A DNA stretch of 64,000 nucleotides from Paraspadella gotoi (GCA_051294375.1 CM119264.1:18693581-18757580); one strand, 5' to 3'. Numbered from the stretch's first letter, positions 13,676 to 28,157 are shown. Notes: generated by a model not told the origin, from the sequence alone. Numbers and translations are program-made.

Positions 13676-14709
13676 GCTCTCTCTCTTCTCTCTCTCTCTC
13701 TCTCTCTCTCCCTCTCCTCCTCAGTCCTCCTCTCTCTCTCTTTCCTTTCCGCCTAATTGATAAATTTCAAACCTTTTCTTTTGAAACGAAGTTTCATGTG
13801 AAACAAGAACAAGGTTGTCAACTCCGACGAATATTTTTATGACGACCAAGTTACTCGAGGGTTGAAGAAGATGATAAAGCAGAAAATTGATCAAAAGTTA
13901 CTTTTAATATTCAATCTTAAATTTTCGTTTCATCAAGAATTTGTTTTTGTTACATTTTCTCCCATGGTCCCAAAAATACTTTTTTCGGTGTTTTTTTTAT
14001 TTGGAACTATTTTTTTCCTCTTTAACTTTGAAAATTTTTCGGGATCTCCAAGTTTTTTTTTTCATGTTTCAATTCTTTTTTTCGCTCTCGTCTGCTTTCT
14101 TCCTTTCCGAGTGATCAATCTTTTTTCCTTTTTTTACGTTTCCCTTTATTTTCCTGTATCCCTTACTCCACCTAATAGATTTTCTCAATTCATTCTAACC
14201 TTCACTTTCACTCCCTTTTTTTTTCTCTCGCCACCCGGAGTTCCCTACTCTTTGTTTTCCGTTACATATAGTAATTTTCTGTTTCCTCTCACCTTTTTCC
14301 CTTTTTTTCTGTCTTTTTCGATCCCTTCCTTTCCTCTATTTTTTTCTGTCCTTTTAGATCCCTTCCTTTCCTCTTTTTTTTCTGTCCTTTTCTATTCCTT
14401 CCTTTCCTCTATTTTTATCTCTTTCCTTTTGTTTTTTTTTTCTACTTAACCCTTTTTAATTCCTTTCTCTCTCTCCATTTTTCTCCAATCGTTTTCTCTC
14501 CCTTCCTTTCTTCCTCCTTTCCCTTTTGGCTCCCTTCCTTTCTAGTTTCTCCCTTCCCTTTCGCCCATTTCCCTTTTCCCTCAACGATGGTGATCAACAC
14601 TCGCTTCTCGTCGACGACGACGAAATCGACGACGACGTCGGCAGTCACGTGATCAAAATTCCGTGGAGGATCCAGGTTCCATCTTTTACGCGGGCCGCTT
14701 CTTTGGCCC

Positions 14710-14755
<46 letters not shown>

Positions 14756-14756
14756 G
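14710..14756. repeat. (GCC)n trinucleotide microsatellite
   Basis: About 15 GCC units. Confidence 0.9.
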
Positions 14757-16151
14757 CCGTCCGCCCCCGCTTCTTCAACCTCTTTTCTCTCCCGCCCACT
14801 CGTACATCTGCCGGCCCTCTCGAATAGTTCCAACTCAACTACTCTCACCCAGTCACCCACATTCCCCCGACAACCTCGCCCACCCACGGACCCGGCAATC
14901 TCGACCTTTTCTTTCCAGACGTTATCTCTCTTTCACTTTTTCTTTTAAATTTCTTCTCTGTACATCTCTTTGCTTCTTTCGACTTATCTTTTTTTTTTAT
15001 TTCTCCGGTCCCATCCATCGTTTTTCTTCTACCCTCCATTTCTAAGTCATCCACTTATGTCTTTTCTTCTCCATTTAAAACTAATCTTTTTTTCCTTTCT
15101 AATACGCTCATTCGGCCTCCGCCTTTTCCCCTCTTCACATTCCTCCTTCCCCCCCCCTCCCACTTTTATCCCTCTCCCTTTCATCCGGCATAATGAATTT
15201 ATGATGGTGAGATGCAAACCAGGCAAGACAAATCATTCTCCTTATGGTTTTATGTATGGTTGCATTTTTTTCCTTTTTTTCTTTCTTTTTTTCAATTAGT
15301 GAGGAAATGAAAAGAGCGGCCTTCACGTCGCGATAAATATTTTGAGTTCAAATACATGTACGTCTCGTCTCGAGGGCAGCTAATGATCATATGATCTTTT
15401 TCCGCGGCTCAAACAACTCGAACTCGGTGAAATGGCACTGATGGGAAAATATAGGTGAGAAAATAGAACAATCTTTTTTTCAATAATTGATGCAACGATG
15501 TTTTTGTTGATATTAATTGTTTATTCGATACAGTCAAAAGTTTTTTCAGGTTTTACCCGGACAGAAAACGATTTTAAAATTTCCAAGATTCTTTACTTCA
15601 CCTGATTCATTTGATAGCTTGATAGCTTGATAGCTTTTTCCACGTGTATATTCATTTTGAAATAATGTTTAAAATATCTTTTATCATCACAGACAAATGA
15701 TAGTTTTAAAAAAATATTGAAATCGGAAGGGAGATTATGACCATGTGGAATTATTATTCATAAAATTGGTACAACCAATAGAAAACATTATCCATTCATT
15801 TAATATATAAGCTATCTTGCCCCTGACTTTTGACTCTTACAAGATAATAATAGCATAAGCAAAACCTGTAAGCTCTGAAAATCAAGACTCCCTCACAGTC
15901 TCGTTTATTCTCTCCCATGAATGAAGTCAAATAACATTTTGAAGAATTTTCAAATGTGGAGATTCGAGTTCCCGACGAGGAGAAAAAAGTTGGGTTTTTG
16001 TAAGGGACGATGAGACGAAGGCGTCGACGAACGAATACGACGAAAACGACGATCGGGTCTCTCTAAGATTATGAGGGTTATGACCCAACGACAACGAAGT
16101 CGCGTTTCACAATACAACCGCTTCCCTCTTCTCTCTCTCTCTCATCTCTCT

Positions 16152-16203
<52 letters not shown>

Positions 16204-18094
16204 TCTCTCTCTCTCTCTCCTTCTTATTCTCTGATATGCCCTTCTCTTTTCCCCATATTGGAAACCTTCTTTAAACGATCCTCCATCTTTCCCTTCTTTT
16301 CCTTATTTTCCCACATTTTTCTCAATCTCCGTTTTTTATCTACTTTTCCCCTCATTTCCTTTTTTTTTATTTTCTTCTTTTTATTTCTCGTTTTTCTTTC
16401 CCAAGCCAACCGCGCATTTTTTTATTGGATTATCACCGGATTATTAAGAGGAATGACAACAAGAATGGCTCAAGATGCGAGATATAGACAGACGTCGAAA
16501 AAAAAAGATAAGAAAGAAGGGAGAAGATTCTTTTTCTTGCGTAATGTTTTTTTTTTTTTTTTCATGTTTTCAAGGGCGAATTTTTCGAGAGCTGGTGGAG
16601 GGAGAACGAAGAAAAAGAATAAGAAATATAAGAGGAGAAAAAAATCTAGTTGAAAAATAGAAAAGTAAAAAAGGGCAAAAAGAAGATTCAGAAAGAGGAT
16701 GGGCCCAAAAGAAATTAAAACTACTCAAAAGGAATAAATTAATCTAAATTACGACATTTAATTGTAACTTTATTCTCTCCTCGAAACTTCGCCTCCTCCA
16801 CCACCTTCCCTCGCCCCACTCCATCCCTCTTTCCCTCGTAAATGGCCTCGAAAATCACGAGGTTACACATTTCCGAGAAATAACTTCACGGTCGATCTCT
16901 CGCGCACCGCAGACGCGATAAACGTCAGCGTTTTTATACCTTCGGCTTTGCTCGTCGACACTCGCAAGACGCAGGTCGTCGTCGTCGTCGTTGTTGTCGT
17001 CGTCATCATCATCATCAATCAGGCCGATCGGACTTTCACATCTGACTCGGCGTGAGAAAGGTCAGTGATCGGGCCAACTTTTTATAACGGGCAGTCATTT
17101 GCGCTCAGCGAAACTGGCCTTTAAAATTCTTCTTCACCGCCAAAGACTTTTCTATGAGTCCAACGACCTATTTACTCCTTGTTCTCGCCCTTGAGCTATT
17201 TTTAATCTCGCGCTGCAGTGGAATGCATCGCCTTGCGCGAGACCGAGAAGCGAACCCCACTTTTCAACGGCCGCGAAAACCATCGTTTATTCCCTGCGCC
17301 ATTAAAACGTTTCAATTTTGAGTCGAAAAAGTTAAGAGTGAAATCTAGGACGAAGACGCGCGTTCTCGGGAGACTCATCAAGAGGAAGGAGAGAAGAGGA
17401 GAGGTAAAAGGGGAGGAAAAAAGGAAAGGGATCAAAGAGGACGACGGATTAAGAAGAGGAAAAGGGAAGATGGAGAAAGAAGTGGAGGAGGAGTGATTTG
17501 GAAGAGGGGAAGAGATAAACGGATTAAAAGGGAGGAAGAGTGAAAGGAAAATAAAGGAGTAGAGGAAGAGAGGACAGAGCGGATTCGTTCAGAGAAATGG
17601 GATAAGAGGAAAGATGGCGAGTGAGAACTTGGCGAAAAAAAGGAAAAAAAGAAAATGAGGCACAGAGGAAATTCGCTTGGAAAAGCAAAAAAAATCCTTT
17701 TCATTGCCCTTCACCTTTAACCCCTGGTGACTGGGCTTTTCTGGACGGTTATACGCAGAAGCGATTTCAGTCTTTTACTTTTTTCCTGATAATCTGGTGA
17801 TATCAAAACTCTTTAAACCTCACATTTAACAGCAATTAGTAGTAATGTTTATTTTCAAGTCAACGTCCTAGTTATTATCATCTAACTCAGGTGACCTCCG
17901 ATTCTTTGGTTAATGTTCCGAGGAAGCGTTAAATCTTTAGGGGCAGAGAGCAGCCTTGACTTTATTAAGGAGCTGGGGTGAAGGTTAAGGGGTTAAGCGA
18001 AGGGAAAAAAAAGAGTAGGGAAGTTGAAAGGAATATGAGGGAAACATTTATATGGGGGTTAAAAATTGTTTACTCATCATTAGTTTAACGAAGA

Positions 18095-18161
<67 letters not shown>

Positions 18162-18742
18162 AGAGAGAGAAGAAGAGAGAGAGAGAGAGAGAGAGTCCCA
18201 GTATTTACCACGAATTATCGTTCCGTCGAAACGAGAGGGAAAACTCAGTTTGCTAAGCAAGGCTGATCGCAAACAATGACGCTCTAAACTTAATCGTCTT
18301 CGTCGTTGTCATCGTCAGAGACAAAAATTGTCGTTGGACGATTTCGAAGCCGAAAGAAACGAGTTTGGTCGTCGCTTGGTTTCTTGTGTCTTCATTGGTC
18401 AATCTGCTAAATCGATTCCACTTTTCTTCGAACTCAAAATGTCTCGACGCGACGACGTGAGAGTTGATGGAGAGAGCGGGGGCCCAGCAAAGTCTCAAGA
18501 ATTTTGAGATGGATGGAATCGTGTGAGCGAGAGGCGGTTAAAATTGTCCGCGGTGGTCAGGGGTGGACAGAGTGGATATAAGAGGAGGGCTGCGTGGGAA
18601 TGGCAACAAGGGAATCTAAGGAGATTAAAAGTAAAACATCCAATTCTTGCCATAAGCAATCATTGACGAAAAAGACGACGAAGACGAAGACGAAGACGAA
18701 GACGACGACGAAGACGACGTCGATTTCGGAGGAGGAGATGAA

Positions 18743-18771
18743 CGAGGTCACGTGCGCCTCACGTGACCTCG
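18743..18771. promoter_or_regulatory. Palindromic double E-box, CACGTG-N5-CACGTG (ChoRE-type)
   Basis: CGAGGTCACGTG-CGCCT-CACGTGACCTCG: 12-bp perfect arms and two canonical E-boxes exactly 5 bp apart. Confidence 0.45.
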
Positions 18772-18818
18772 AAATAACGCGAGCGTGAAAGCGTGGAACG
18801 CGCGCCGCTGCGTGCGGG

Positions 18819-18907
<89 letters not shown>

Positions 18908-18955
18908 TATGAATCAAAAGTCAAGGAATCCAGAATCATTACTTCATAAACGTAC

Positions 18956-19024
18956 GCGGGAGGAACGCGGGCCCCTGAACCGAGACCCGGTTCCATCATC
19001 AGAGGCGATTCCACTGCTTCGCGT
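18956..19024 (-). CDS. Candidate internal exon (69 nt) of an unidentified gene
   Basis: Branch-like CTAAT, acceptor TTTTGCTGCCCTCAG and donor GTACGT. Open in phase 2 (REAVESPLMMEPGLGSGARVPPA) and in phase 0. Confidence 0.3.
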
Positions 19025-19127
19025 CTGAGGGCAGCAAAACGCAATTAGATTAGACGAGAAAACCGCGCGGGGGAGAGAGAAATAACGAGAACGCGTTATA
19101 TGTAACGTCTCTCTCTCCTCTCTCTCT

Positions 19128-19203
<76 letters not shown>

Positions 19204-19496
19204 ACGCCAGAGGTGCAAAATGGATTAGGAGAGCCGACGAAATCTGGTTCCAATTTTTTATTCGCCCAAAGATGAGAGGAGAGGTTTTTATTGATTTTAG
19301 TAGGAGAAGCGAGCTGAGGGCCAGGGGATAGACGACTTGAGATAGAAAACGCCCCTCGAAAACTCCAGAAAAAAACTGAATGTATAATTTCAGAGATATT
19401 AGAATCACGAGGCTTTAGCTTAAAATTCTTAAAATTGTTGGGAGAAGGAAATCTTCAAATATTTCAAAAAACTTTCTTATTGAACAGCAGATATAT

Positions 19497-19571
19497 GTCG
19501 AAGCCTGGTTCGAAGCCCAGGACCCGTTACATTGCTGGCAAGGGTTAGCAAATAACATACAGATTTGCGCC
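19497..19571 (-). mobile_element. Degenerate tRNA-derived SINE head
   Basis: The minus strand reads ...GGGTCCTGGGCTTCGAACCAGGC, resembling a T-arm/B-box. It does not form a full cloverleaf. Confidence 0.3.
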
Positions 19572-20459
19572 TTATCTACAGATGTCTAGATATGGATGAA
19601 TAAACATTTAGGTGACAGCAGCTGTCCCAACGAGGATAGCCAGAGAAAGAAAAAAATTTCCCGACAGCTTCCCCAACTCGAAAAGCTTCTAAAACTAAGC
19701 CGTTGAACTAAAACTGGCGTCAAAAATTCGAAAATCAAAACGAGAGAGAAAAAATAAAACAAAGAAAAAGTAGACTTGGATAATGTTTTGAAGAAGAGCC
19801 GTCAGTGGTGGCAGTATTAAACCCCTCTCACTTAACCCTGAGAAAGGCCGTTTATTAAGTAAATCTAATATACCCATATTCTCTCTGCGGAGAACTGTGT
19901 CGGTAAAAAAAAACAAAACCAAGTTCTCCTCCATAATCCCTGTCCCTAAAATGATCCTCCCACTGGTCGGCGTCCAAGAGGTTAAGCGACTCCAACGTCA
20001 CCCAATGTCGTCAATGGTTTCGCGCGGGAGTGAGAATTATGGGCGGCAGTCAAGAGGCTTCTCGAGGCGATGGTTCTTTCTGAGTTCGTAAGGAGGCGGG
20101 GTAAGATTTATCGGAGCGAGGCCTTGGTACGTCGCCCAAGGTGGGCCATTTCGATGGCTCTGCCTGGAGCCAAGGGAGTTTACTGCATTTGGAATGAAGT
20201 AGAATGTTAAGAGGTAATATAAACTCAGGTTGACGTTTAAAAAACAACAATTAAAGTCTCGGCCGACACAACCGACTGAGGCAGCCGAGTTCGTCTCATC
20301 CCACCAGACAATTCCATCAAGCCACGCCCATTCCTCGGCCATTCCACGATTCATTCCTTCTTTCGCATCGGTTTTCGATATGACGCCGACGACTTGTTTC
20401 CTGGAGGCGCTTTCATCCTCAAACTTACTTAACGGCGAACAAAAGGAAAAGATAAAAGA

Positions 20460-20526
<67 letters not shown>

Positions 20527-22575
20527 AGAGAGAGAGAGAGAGAGAGAGAGGAGGAAGATCAGTACGAAGGAAGAAAATAGATTGAATAAATAGATCGTAG
20601 TTTTTCGGTTTCTCGCACTTTGACCCCCGAGAGAAAGTCTTAAGCCAATTCGTTGACAATAATGACTTTTCTATTCTGCCTGGTGGTTCATGGCCTGAAG
20701 TCTCGGGTTGCAATTTAAAATTTACATATAACTTGTATATTACAAGAAAACTCTGTAATTATTGACTTTTGTAAACTATTGTTATTTTCATGTCTATCTG
20801 CTCAGTCGTTTCTTCTCTTTGTATTATTGGTCGAGATTGTTGCCGAGGAAGAAAGGAATTGATAACTTATTCGCTCACCTGATGAATACTAAAAACGAAT
20901 ATCAAAATTTGAATCAACCGTCCAAAAAATATTTTTTTCTCTACGAAGACGATGACGACGGCAACTACGACGACGACGACAATAACGACGTTGCGGTCGA
21001 CAATGTCGACGACTCAGCTTCGGGCGTAAACAACCACTCATGGAAAAAAGGAAACGAAACGTAAACAAGAAGATGAATTACGACCTGGAGAAAAGAAACT
21101 CTGGGAAAAACATTTGACGGCGGCGGCGGCGGCGGCGGCGGCGGCAGCTACAGCGAAAAAGGCGGCGTCAAAAAACGACGGCGTTCTTCGACCCACCGTC
21201 GACGGCATCGTCGGCAACACCGTCTCCGTCGTCCTCGTTACCGGAGACGATCAATTTGACAGCGAAAACATGATTGTCAAAATCTTGAATAATAAAACAG
21301 TTTTTGAAGAAAAATGAGATTTTTCAAAACCTGCGTAGGAAGGAAAAATAGAAATTTGGGCGGCGTTCGTGATTATTATCCAAAATTTGATAATACATTT
21401 CGAACTCATTTTGCTAATGATTAAAATTTTAAATCAACGTCGACGATTAAATCAACATTCTTTGCAAATTTTAATTATTTTACATTAAATTAGGCTTAAT
21501 CTTCACAAGTAGATTCTGGACGCTCCTCTTCGAGTCAACATCGCTTTCATATAGGAAACTTTAAGTTGTATTTCCAACTCACCTCATTCTCACCGCAGCC
21601 ACAATCCCGCGCACGTTCCCGCCAGCTCGATCATCTCGTCAACGTCGTCAACACAAAAGGTCGGGGAAAAAAAAACTCATTGTAACGACGACAAAAACTT
21701 GGATTTTGGTGGCGGTGGCGGGGGGGTGCGAGGGGGGGGATCGGCGGCCATTAAAAGAGAAAATGGGGAAAAGGTAAGATTTAAATCCAAGGTAGACAAG
21801 TAGGAAGGTGGTAATGAATTAAAATATGGAAGAGTAAATTATAGACATATGCAGAAAAATTATAAGTAATTGAAGCGATGAATTGTATTATTAAAAACAG
21901 ACTGCTCACTCCGAATGAATAATTGAGATGAAATAAGGATAACGACGATGATGAGGCCACGAGGAGAAGATTAACGATGTTTGTTGACGAATAAGGTTTT
22001 TTAGTTGAATCCATTGAAATTAGAAATGGAAAAAAAAAATGTTTTTTCACCGCTCCAAGTTAATGAACCACAGATTTTTTTCCCCTTTAAATTTAGAGTG
22101 AAACAATCGTTAATTGGGTCTCCCTCTTCTTTTCTTTCCTCCCTTTGCTCTCTTACTCAATAGCATTTAACTTTTTTTTTAAAAATCCGTTATTAGATTT
22201 TCCCCCCTCGCTTACGCCGTCGCCTTATCGCTTCTCAACTTCGCTTTTCACTTATATTTCTTATGGTGCAGTAACAATATTTTTCTCGGAAGGAAATTCC
22301 CTTTTCTTCTTCGACCTTTCCTCCGTCGATAAATTTCTCTCCTCCCTTCTTCATCTTTTTTTCCTCCTTTCCCTTTTTCCTCCTTCTCTTTCCTTTATTC
22401 ATTCCTCTCTCTTTCTCCTTCCACCACTGCCTCCGAAGCGGGAAACCTCAACAAAGAACTTTTTTTTCCTTTGTTCTTTTTTTTTAAACCTTTTTTTCCT
22501 TTAAAATGTAGAACTGCGACTGAGATTTATCGTTGGTTTCCTGGCTTCAGCAATTTTACCGTTCCGGGCGAGAGT

Positions 22576-22677
<102 letters not shown>

Positions 22678-23090
22678 AAAAGAGAGAGACACTCGAAAAT
22701 TCCGAAGAAACAATTTCGTCAAAATTTCGGGAAAAAGGAAGAAAATGGAACGAATCGAGGAGGAATTCAACAAATGCGAAAGCGAGAAAAAAAATGTATT
22801 TCGGAAAGCGACCAAATTTATTAGATTTTCCATTTTTAATTTTATTAGTAGAAAAACTTTTAATTCCCAAGAATATTTGTCTTCAATCAGGTTTTCCTCA
22901 TAAAAAAAATTCAAAATCAATTTCGACTATTTTGAATATAATTAGACAAGTGAAATCGCTTTCCATTTTCTTAATTCTGTTGAATTTTTAAATAAAATTA
23001 ACTTTTTCATCGCGAATCGCGTGCGAAACTGAGGTTAAAATCCAACAAAAGAACATCTGGATTCTCGGTTCCGATTTCGGTGTCGAGCCC

Positions 23091-23103
23091 GTCGCTTGGA
23101 AAC
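23091..23103 (+). promoter_or_regulatory. RFX X-box-like site upstream of the ropporin-1-like gene
   Basis: GTCGCTTGGAAAC, a 13-bp X-box variant about 105 bp upstream of the ATG of a motile-cilium/flagellum gene. Confidence 0.45.
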
Positions 23104-23207
23104 GAACAACAACTTTCTTCTTAGCAGTTTTTCAACTTTGAGAGTAACATATCTTGGAGAAGTTACGTTTTGATTCTTTCGTAAGTCAATTCACTAAACG
23201 AGGAGTG

Positions 23208-24329
23208 ATGGCTCCTCACCCGGACGAACCTTACTATTGTTCGCAGCAAATTGAGATTCCCCCGCAGCTGCCCGATTGCCTCAAACAATTCACCAAGGTA
23301 AGGCTCACACGCAATTGATTTAGAATTAAGGAAAATATTGTTTATCAATTTTACCGATTACACTTTATCTTTGGGAAATTCTTTCATAATAATTATCATT
23401 ACTTACTTCCTTAGGCTTAATTACATTGTTCCTCCCTCATATGCTTTCTGTTCTCGAATTCTCTAGGCGGCCATTCGGACCCAACCAAACGATGTCTTGC
23501 TCTGGGCGGCCTCCTACTTCAACGCCCTCGCCAGCGGGAAGGTGCCACCGGTGAAAGAGAGGCTCGAAATGCAAGTCGCCACCCATAAGACGGACACGGG
23601 TCAGTTGCAAATCACTTCTTATTTTGATTGAAAGTTGGTCAATTTTTGTCATTGTACGCCCTCTAACGACGATCCAATTCATCACTCCCTCTCCCCCAAC
23701 GAAAGGATTGACTCCGGGTCTCATCGCCGTCCTCCACAAACAACTCGGCGCCACCGGAGTCCTCACCCAGGACGAGATCCTGGAGAAGTGGCTTGACCTG
23801 GCGCTTCCGCGGGCGCAGTTCGACGAGCTTCTGCGGGTCGGCAAATTTGAGGACAAAGTCAATTGGATCAACTTCGTAGCGATGATGACGTCGGCGATCA
23901 CCGAAGACGTCGCCATGGCGCTCAAGCTTTGTTGCGAGACGCTCACCGTCGACGCACCGGGTGAGGAAGAGATTGGGTCAGTGTTGATCTAGATTATTAT
24001 TGTTTTTACATTGTTGTTTTAACATCGAAGAACGATTTACTCGTTGTCAAGCGGTTGTTAAAAAAACGTCGAATTATATCAAGTAGTTTGGGTAATGTCC
24101 CTTTTGTATTTTCATCATTTATTTAAATGATCGTGATCCCGACCACCAGCGACCTCATTTCGCTGCTCTCTCTCTCTCTCTCTGGCATTTTGCCACTAAC
24201 TCGCCACCTCCTTTCCTTCCTTCCTTCTTTCCCTTAGGCGGCGCGGCGAAAATTTCCTTTTCGCTTTGGAAAGATTTGTATTCGTTTTTGGCAAAAGTCG
24301 ATGGAGACATCACGGAGGTGAGAGAGAAA

Positions 24330-24421
<92 letters not shown>

Positions 24422-26480
24422 AAACAAACAAACAAAGAGCTTTATAAATGAAAATAGAATGAGGAATGAGGTTATTTATAAACGGTTAGAAAATGGGGCG
24501 CGAAGCAACAGCGAAGAACATCGTGTCATGGCGTCTGAACGAACATTCTCACAGTTTTGCGCGCGCGTGATCCAGATGTGACCCGTCACGTCACGAATCG
24601 CTGGAAGCTGCTAAGACTCGTTTCTGCTAAAGTCCTGATTGGAGCGAGAATGATGGTCGCAATTTCCTCGACCATCTGACCCATCGTCTTCGTTCTTTGT
24701 CTTTTTCTTACCTTGTCTTGATCTATCTCTTTTTGAACTGAATATTCTGTATGGGTTAATTGGTGAACGTGTCCGAAGGCCAATTTCACTGAGAAAGTTT
24801 GTGTTTTTTTCTTCTATTCTGTAAATATCTGCGTGAATGCCTAAGGAATTTCGGAAAGGGAATAATCAATGAATCATTAATCGTTATCGATATTCTAGAA
24901 TAGCGAAGATTCTTTACTATATATAAAATTTAATTTAAAGCTACTATTTTTTTTTAATCGAATAAATTTACAATCGATTAATATGAGAAAAAACGGCTAT
25001 GAAACTTAATTTAATATGAAAAATATCGTAAATTAGTTTTAAGTTTCTTCACCGTGAAATTGCGTTGAATCATTAATTGGAAACAGAAATGGCGCGGAGT
25101 CTTAATGTTTATTTAAAGAAGGAGAAATGATGAGAGGGAATTCTTTACGCTTCGTCAATTTCCTTCTCAGTAGATATCAACTCTTCTTTTCTTTTTCTGA
25201 TTTATTCTCCGCTATTTTCTCAACCAACTTGTTTAGATTTTTTTTTTTGCTTCGTTGTATTTTTGTTTTGCTCTTTTTTTAAAAATTTACATGTGTTCCG
25301 TTCGTTATTCGTTTCTTCCAATAGGTATAAATAATCCCAATATTTCGGTTTTCCCTTTGCAAGCTATTTACTATTTTAATTTATTCGGGAAACGTTGTAG
25401 TACATAGATTTTAATCTCATTTCCCTTTTTGTCTTACTTTCTTTCCCTCTTACGCTCAGCTTCAAACTGTACAATTCTCTCAGCCACATCCTTTCCTTCC
25501 TTTTTTTTCAAACGGCGCATTTTATGATATATTGTTACGTTTGCTTCTCTGTTATTCGTCTTCATTACGTAGTCGTTGTTGTCGTTGTTGTTGTTGTCGT
25601 CACCGTTGCGTGAACCCAGAGGCGTCATTTTTCATCCCATTCCTCGCCTAATAGAGAAAATCACGACATAGAAAAAAGTTTATATAAAAGCATTTTATGA
25701 AATAGTCTTTAAGTTCCTTCATATTGAAGTCATGCGTAGAATAATAGCTTTGAATAAATCAATTAACTGTTCGTAAAACAGCTTTTCGTGTTTTGGATCA
25801 GGACTTGGCGTCATGCGAGAAGCCCGGATCTTTGTTGGATTTTAAATATTTAATCCAACATAATATCTTTTTTTTAAATATTTGGAATAAATACATTTGC
25901 AAAGTGAAAAAAATAGAAAATTAAAATATACTTCTTATCGAAAATGGTTTTCGTTTCATTGGTCCAAAGTTGTCCGACGGGCAACTCGCAACTTCACTTC
26001 AGTTTTTTTTGTTTTTTTTTTTTTTTTTCGGGCTAAACTGAAAAGTTAAGAAAAAAATCCATCAATTTTGTTCCGAGTGAAAAAACCAAATCTCTTTCGG
26101 TTCCTCCTTTCATTATCCTTTCACTAACTTCACACTTTTCTTTTTAAACTTCTTTCTTCAAGGACTCGGTTTTTGAAAACCGAAAAAAAAGTTTTTCAAG
26201 TGTTTTGAAAAAAATAAAAAAAAATATTAGCTCCTGACAATAGGTCGACCTCGATGAAATCCTAGAATCTCGTCATTTTAAATTTAATTTTAAATTCATT
26301 CGAAGATTAATAATCCGTATCTATTTTTTTCGTTCGTAGGAAATCATGGAGGAAGTTTACAAACATGTGGCTTACAACGTTCAGAAACAAGGGGGCATGA
26401 TTCAGCCGCGTAACTTTCTCAACGCCGACTGTCCCAAGTTGCAACCGAGTCCCGAGGCCAATAAAGAGGGAGAAGCATAG
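23208..26480 (+). CDS. ROPN1L: Ropporin-1-like protein (AKAP-associated sperm protein; RIIa-like dimerization/docking domain), 232 aa, 5 exons
   Basis: Exons 23208-23297, 23467-23599, 23706-23960, 24238-24317 and 26340-26480, all GT-AG and phase-consistent. Protein: MAPHPDEPYYCSQQIEIPPQLPDCLKQFTKAAIRTQPNDVLLWAASYFNALASGKVPPVKERLEMQVATHKTDTGLTPGLIAVLHKQL...GGAAKISFSLWKDLYSFLAKVDGDITEE...QGGMIQPRNFLNADCPKL. It carries the diagnostic IPPxLPxxLKQFTKAAIRTQP and KTDTGLT motifs. AATAAA at 26670-26675. Confidence 0.96.
24329..24422. repeat. (GAAA)n microsatellite at the 5' end of ROPN1L intron 4
   Basis: About 23 copies starting just after the GTGAGA donor. Confidence 0.95.
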
Positions 26481-27005
26481 ACTCTTAGTATAAGCTTTTA
26501 TTTTTCGAGTCTCATCGGGGACTGGAGAAGAAAAATGGAGCCCCGAGGGTAATTCGTGGCGCGGAACCATTCTTGGTCACCGCTCATTGGTGCTAACTTA
26601 TTTAACGATGCCGATGTTTATTAATATTTGTTTAAATGTTTTGATGAAAATATGTACTTGTAGAACATCAATAAACACATGCGGTCATTTTATTATAATT
26701 AGAATCTGAAGAACTCGAGATAAATGAAGTAAGTTTTTTAATCAGACCTGGACTCACTTTTCTTTAAGTAAAGACTTGCACATAATCTTTTTTTTTTTAA
26801 ATGATTTGATATGAACATCGTGTATAACAAGTCAAAGATTTTTCTAGATAAATAGAAAAGATCGGATGTTTTTCGATTAGGCGATCGAGCTAAGATCCGT
26901 CGATACTCGACTGGATTTAGCTTAGAAAACTATTTTCGGAGACTCCTGTTTTCGCCGATTCGTCCCTCGTTGCTCATTTGTTTTTTTTTAAATCCGAATT
27001 CGAAA

Positions 27006-28111
27006 ATGGTGATTTCGTTTCACGAATCTCCGGAGACGAAGAAGGTCGTCGTAGAGATGGATCTCGACGACTTCGTCAACTTGACGAACCTCATCAGCGA
27101 GACGGTCGCCGCGCAGGTAAAATCTGCGACGGTGTTGACGGCGACAACCGACGGAAGACGACGACACAATGACGATGAGGTTTTCGACGACATCGCAGAC
27201 ATGGCCGAATCCCGTCCTCATTCAGCCAGGAGGGAGAAGGCGCTCTTTCTTCGTTCCCGTCGCCGAAGATGCCGCCCGAGTGGACCAACTCCAACGCCAA
27301 CGCCACGGCGACGTTGGCTACGCCGGCGATGATGGCGTTGCTGTCGCAGTGGCGCGGCTTGGCGTTCGAAAGCGGTTTCGCCAACGACGCGGCGGCGACG
27401 GAAGCCGCATTGTACGAGATGTCGTTTTTAGCGGTGGTGGTGACGCTGGCGTTAGCGCTCGTCCTTCCGAACGCCGTCTACTTTTACAAACTCGTGAGTC
27501 GAAAAGGCGGACTCATATTCATGAATTTAGAGAAGCGATGCGTAAATTTTTATATTGCTTTGCCTCATTAGGAACTATAACATTTATACCTATCTAGTAT
27601 AGCTGGCCCGAAGTGACTCTGTAATTTTCTTCGCTCTCCGAAAATATAAATTATCCCGCAGTACGAGCACCCATCGGCCAATCACAGAGGTCCGCTTCGA
27701 GCTCTGGTCCACAACAGAGCAGGGTTCTGGTCGGACGAATCCTGGACGCCAAACACCTACTTTTATTCTCAGGGCAAAAAGGAAGAGTGGGCGTAAGTTC
27801 AAGGTCCTTTCGTTTATTTTATATGCTATCTCCTTACTACCAACTTACCCCAACTTACCCTCAGTATGAACCTCCTAGTCCCCTCCGTGACCGTGCTCGG
27901 CGCGGGGTCTTGGATCGTCTACCTCGCCTGCCGCGCCAACAAACGCTCCGCCATCCCGATCAACTTTACCACGCTTCTCTACGCGGCCTTCCTTGCCACC
28001 CACTGGACTCACTGCTGGACGAGAGATCTCAATTTAGGACTCATGATGCGGATTGCAGGGACAGGGGAGCTTTTCCTCGGATTCTTCGCTTTTAAGGTTA
28101 AACAGGTTAAC

Positions 28112-28153
<42 letters not shown>

Positions 28154-28157
28154 AGAG

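Noticed and set aside
14560-14900. Poly-Ala ORF suggesting a transcription factor exon
   Set aside because: It is explained by a (GCC)n microsatellite open on both strands, with no convincing splice sites or DNA-binding domain.
17022-17076. Imperfect hairpin as a pre-miRNA
   Set aside because: The pairing is short and bulged, and I recognise no known mature sequence.
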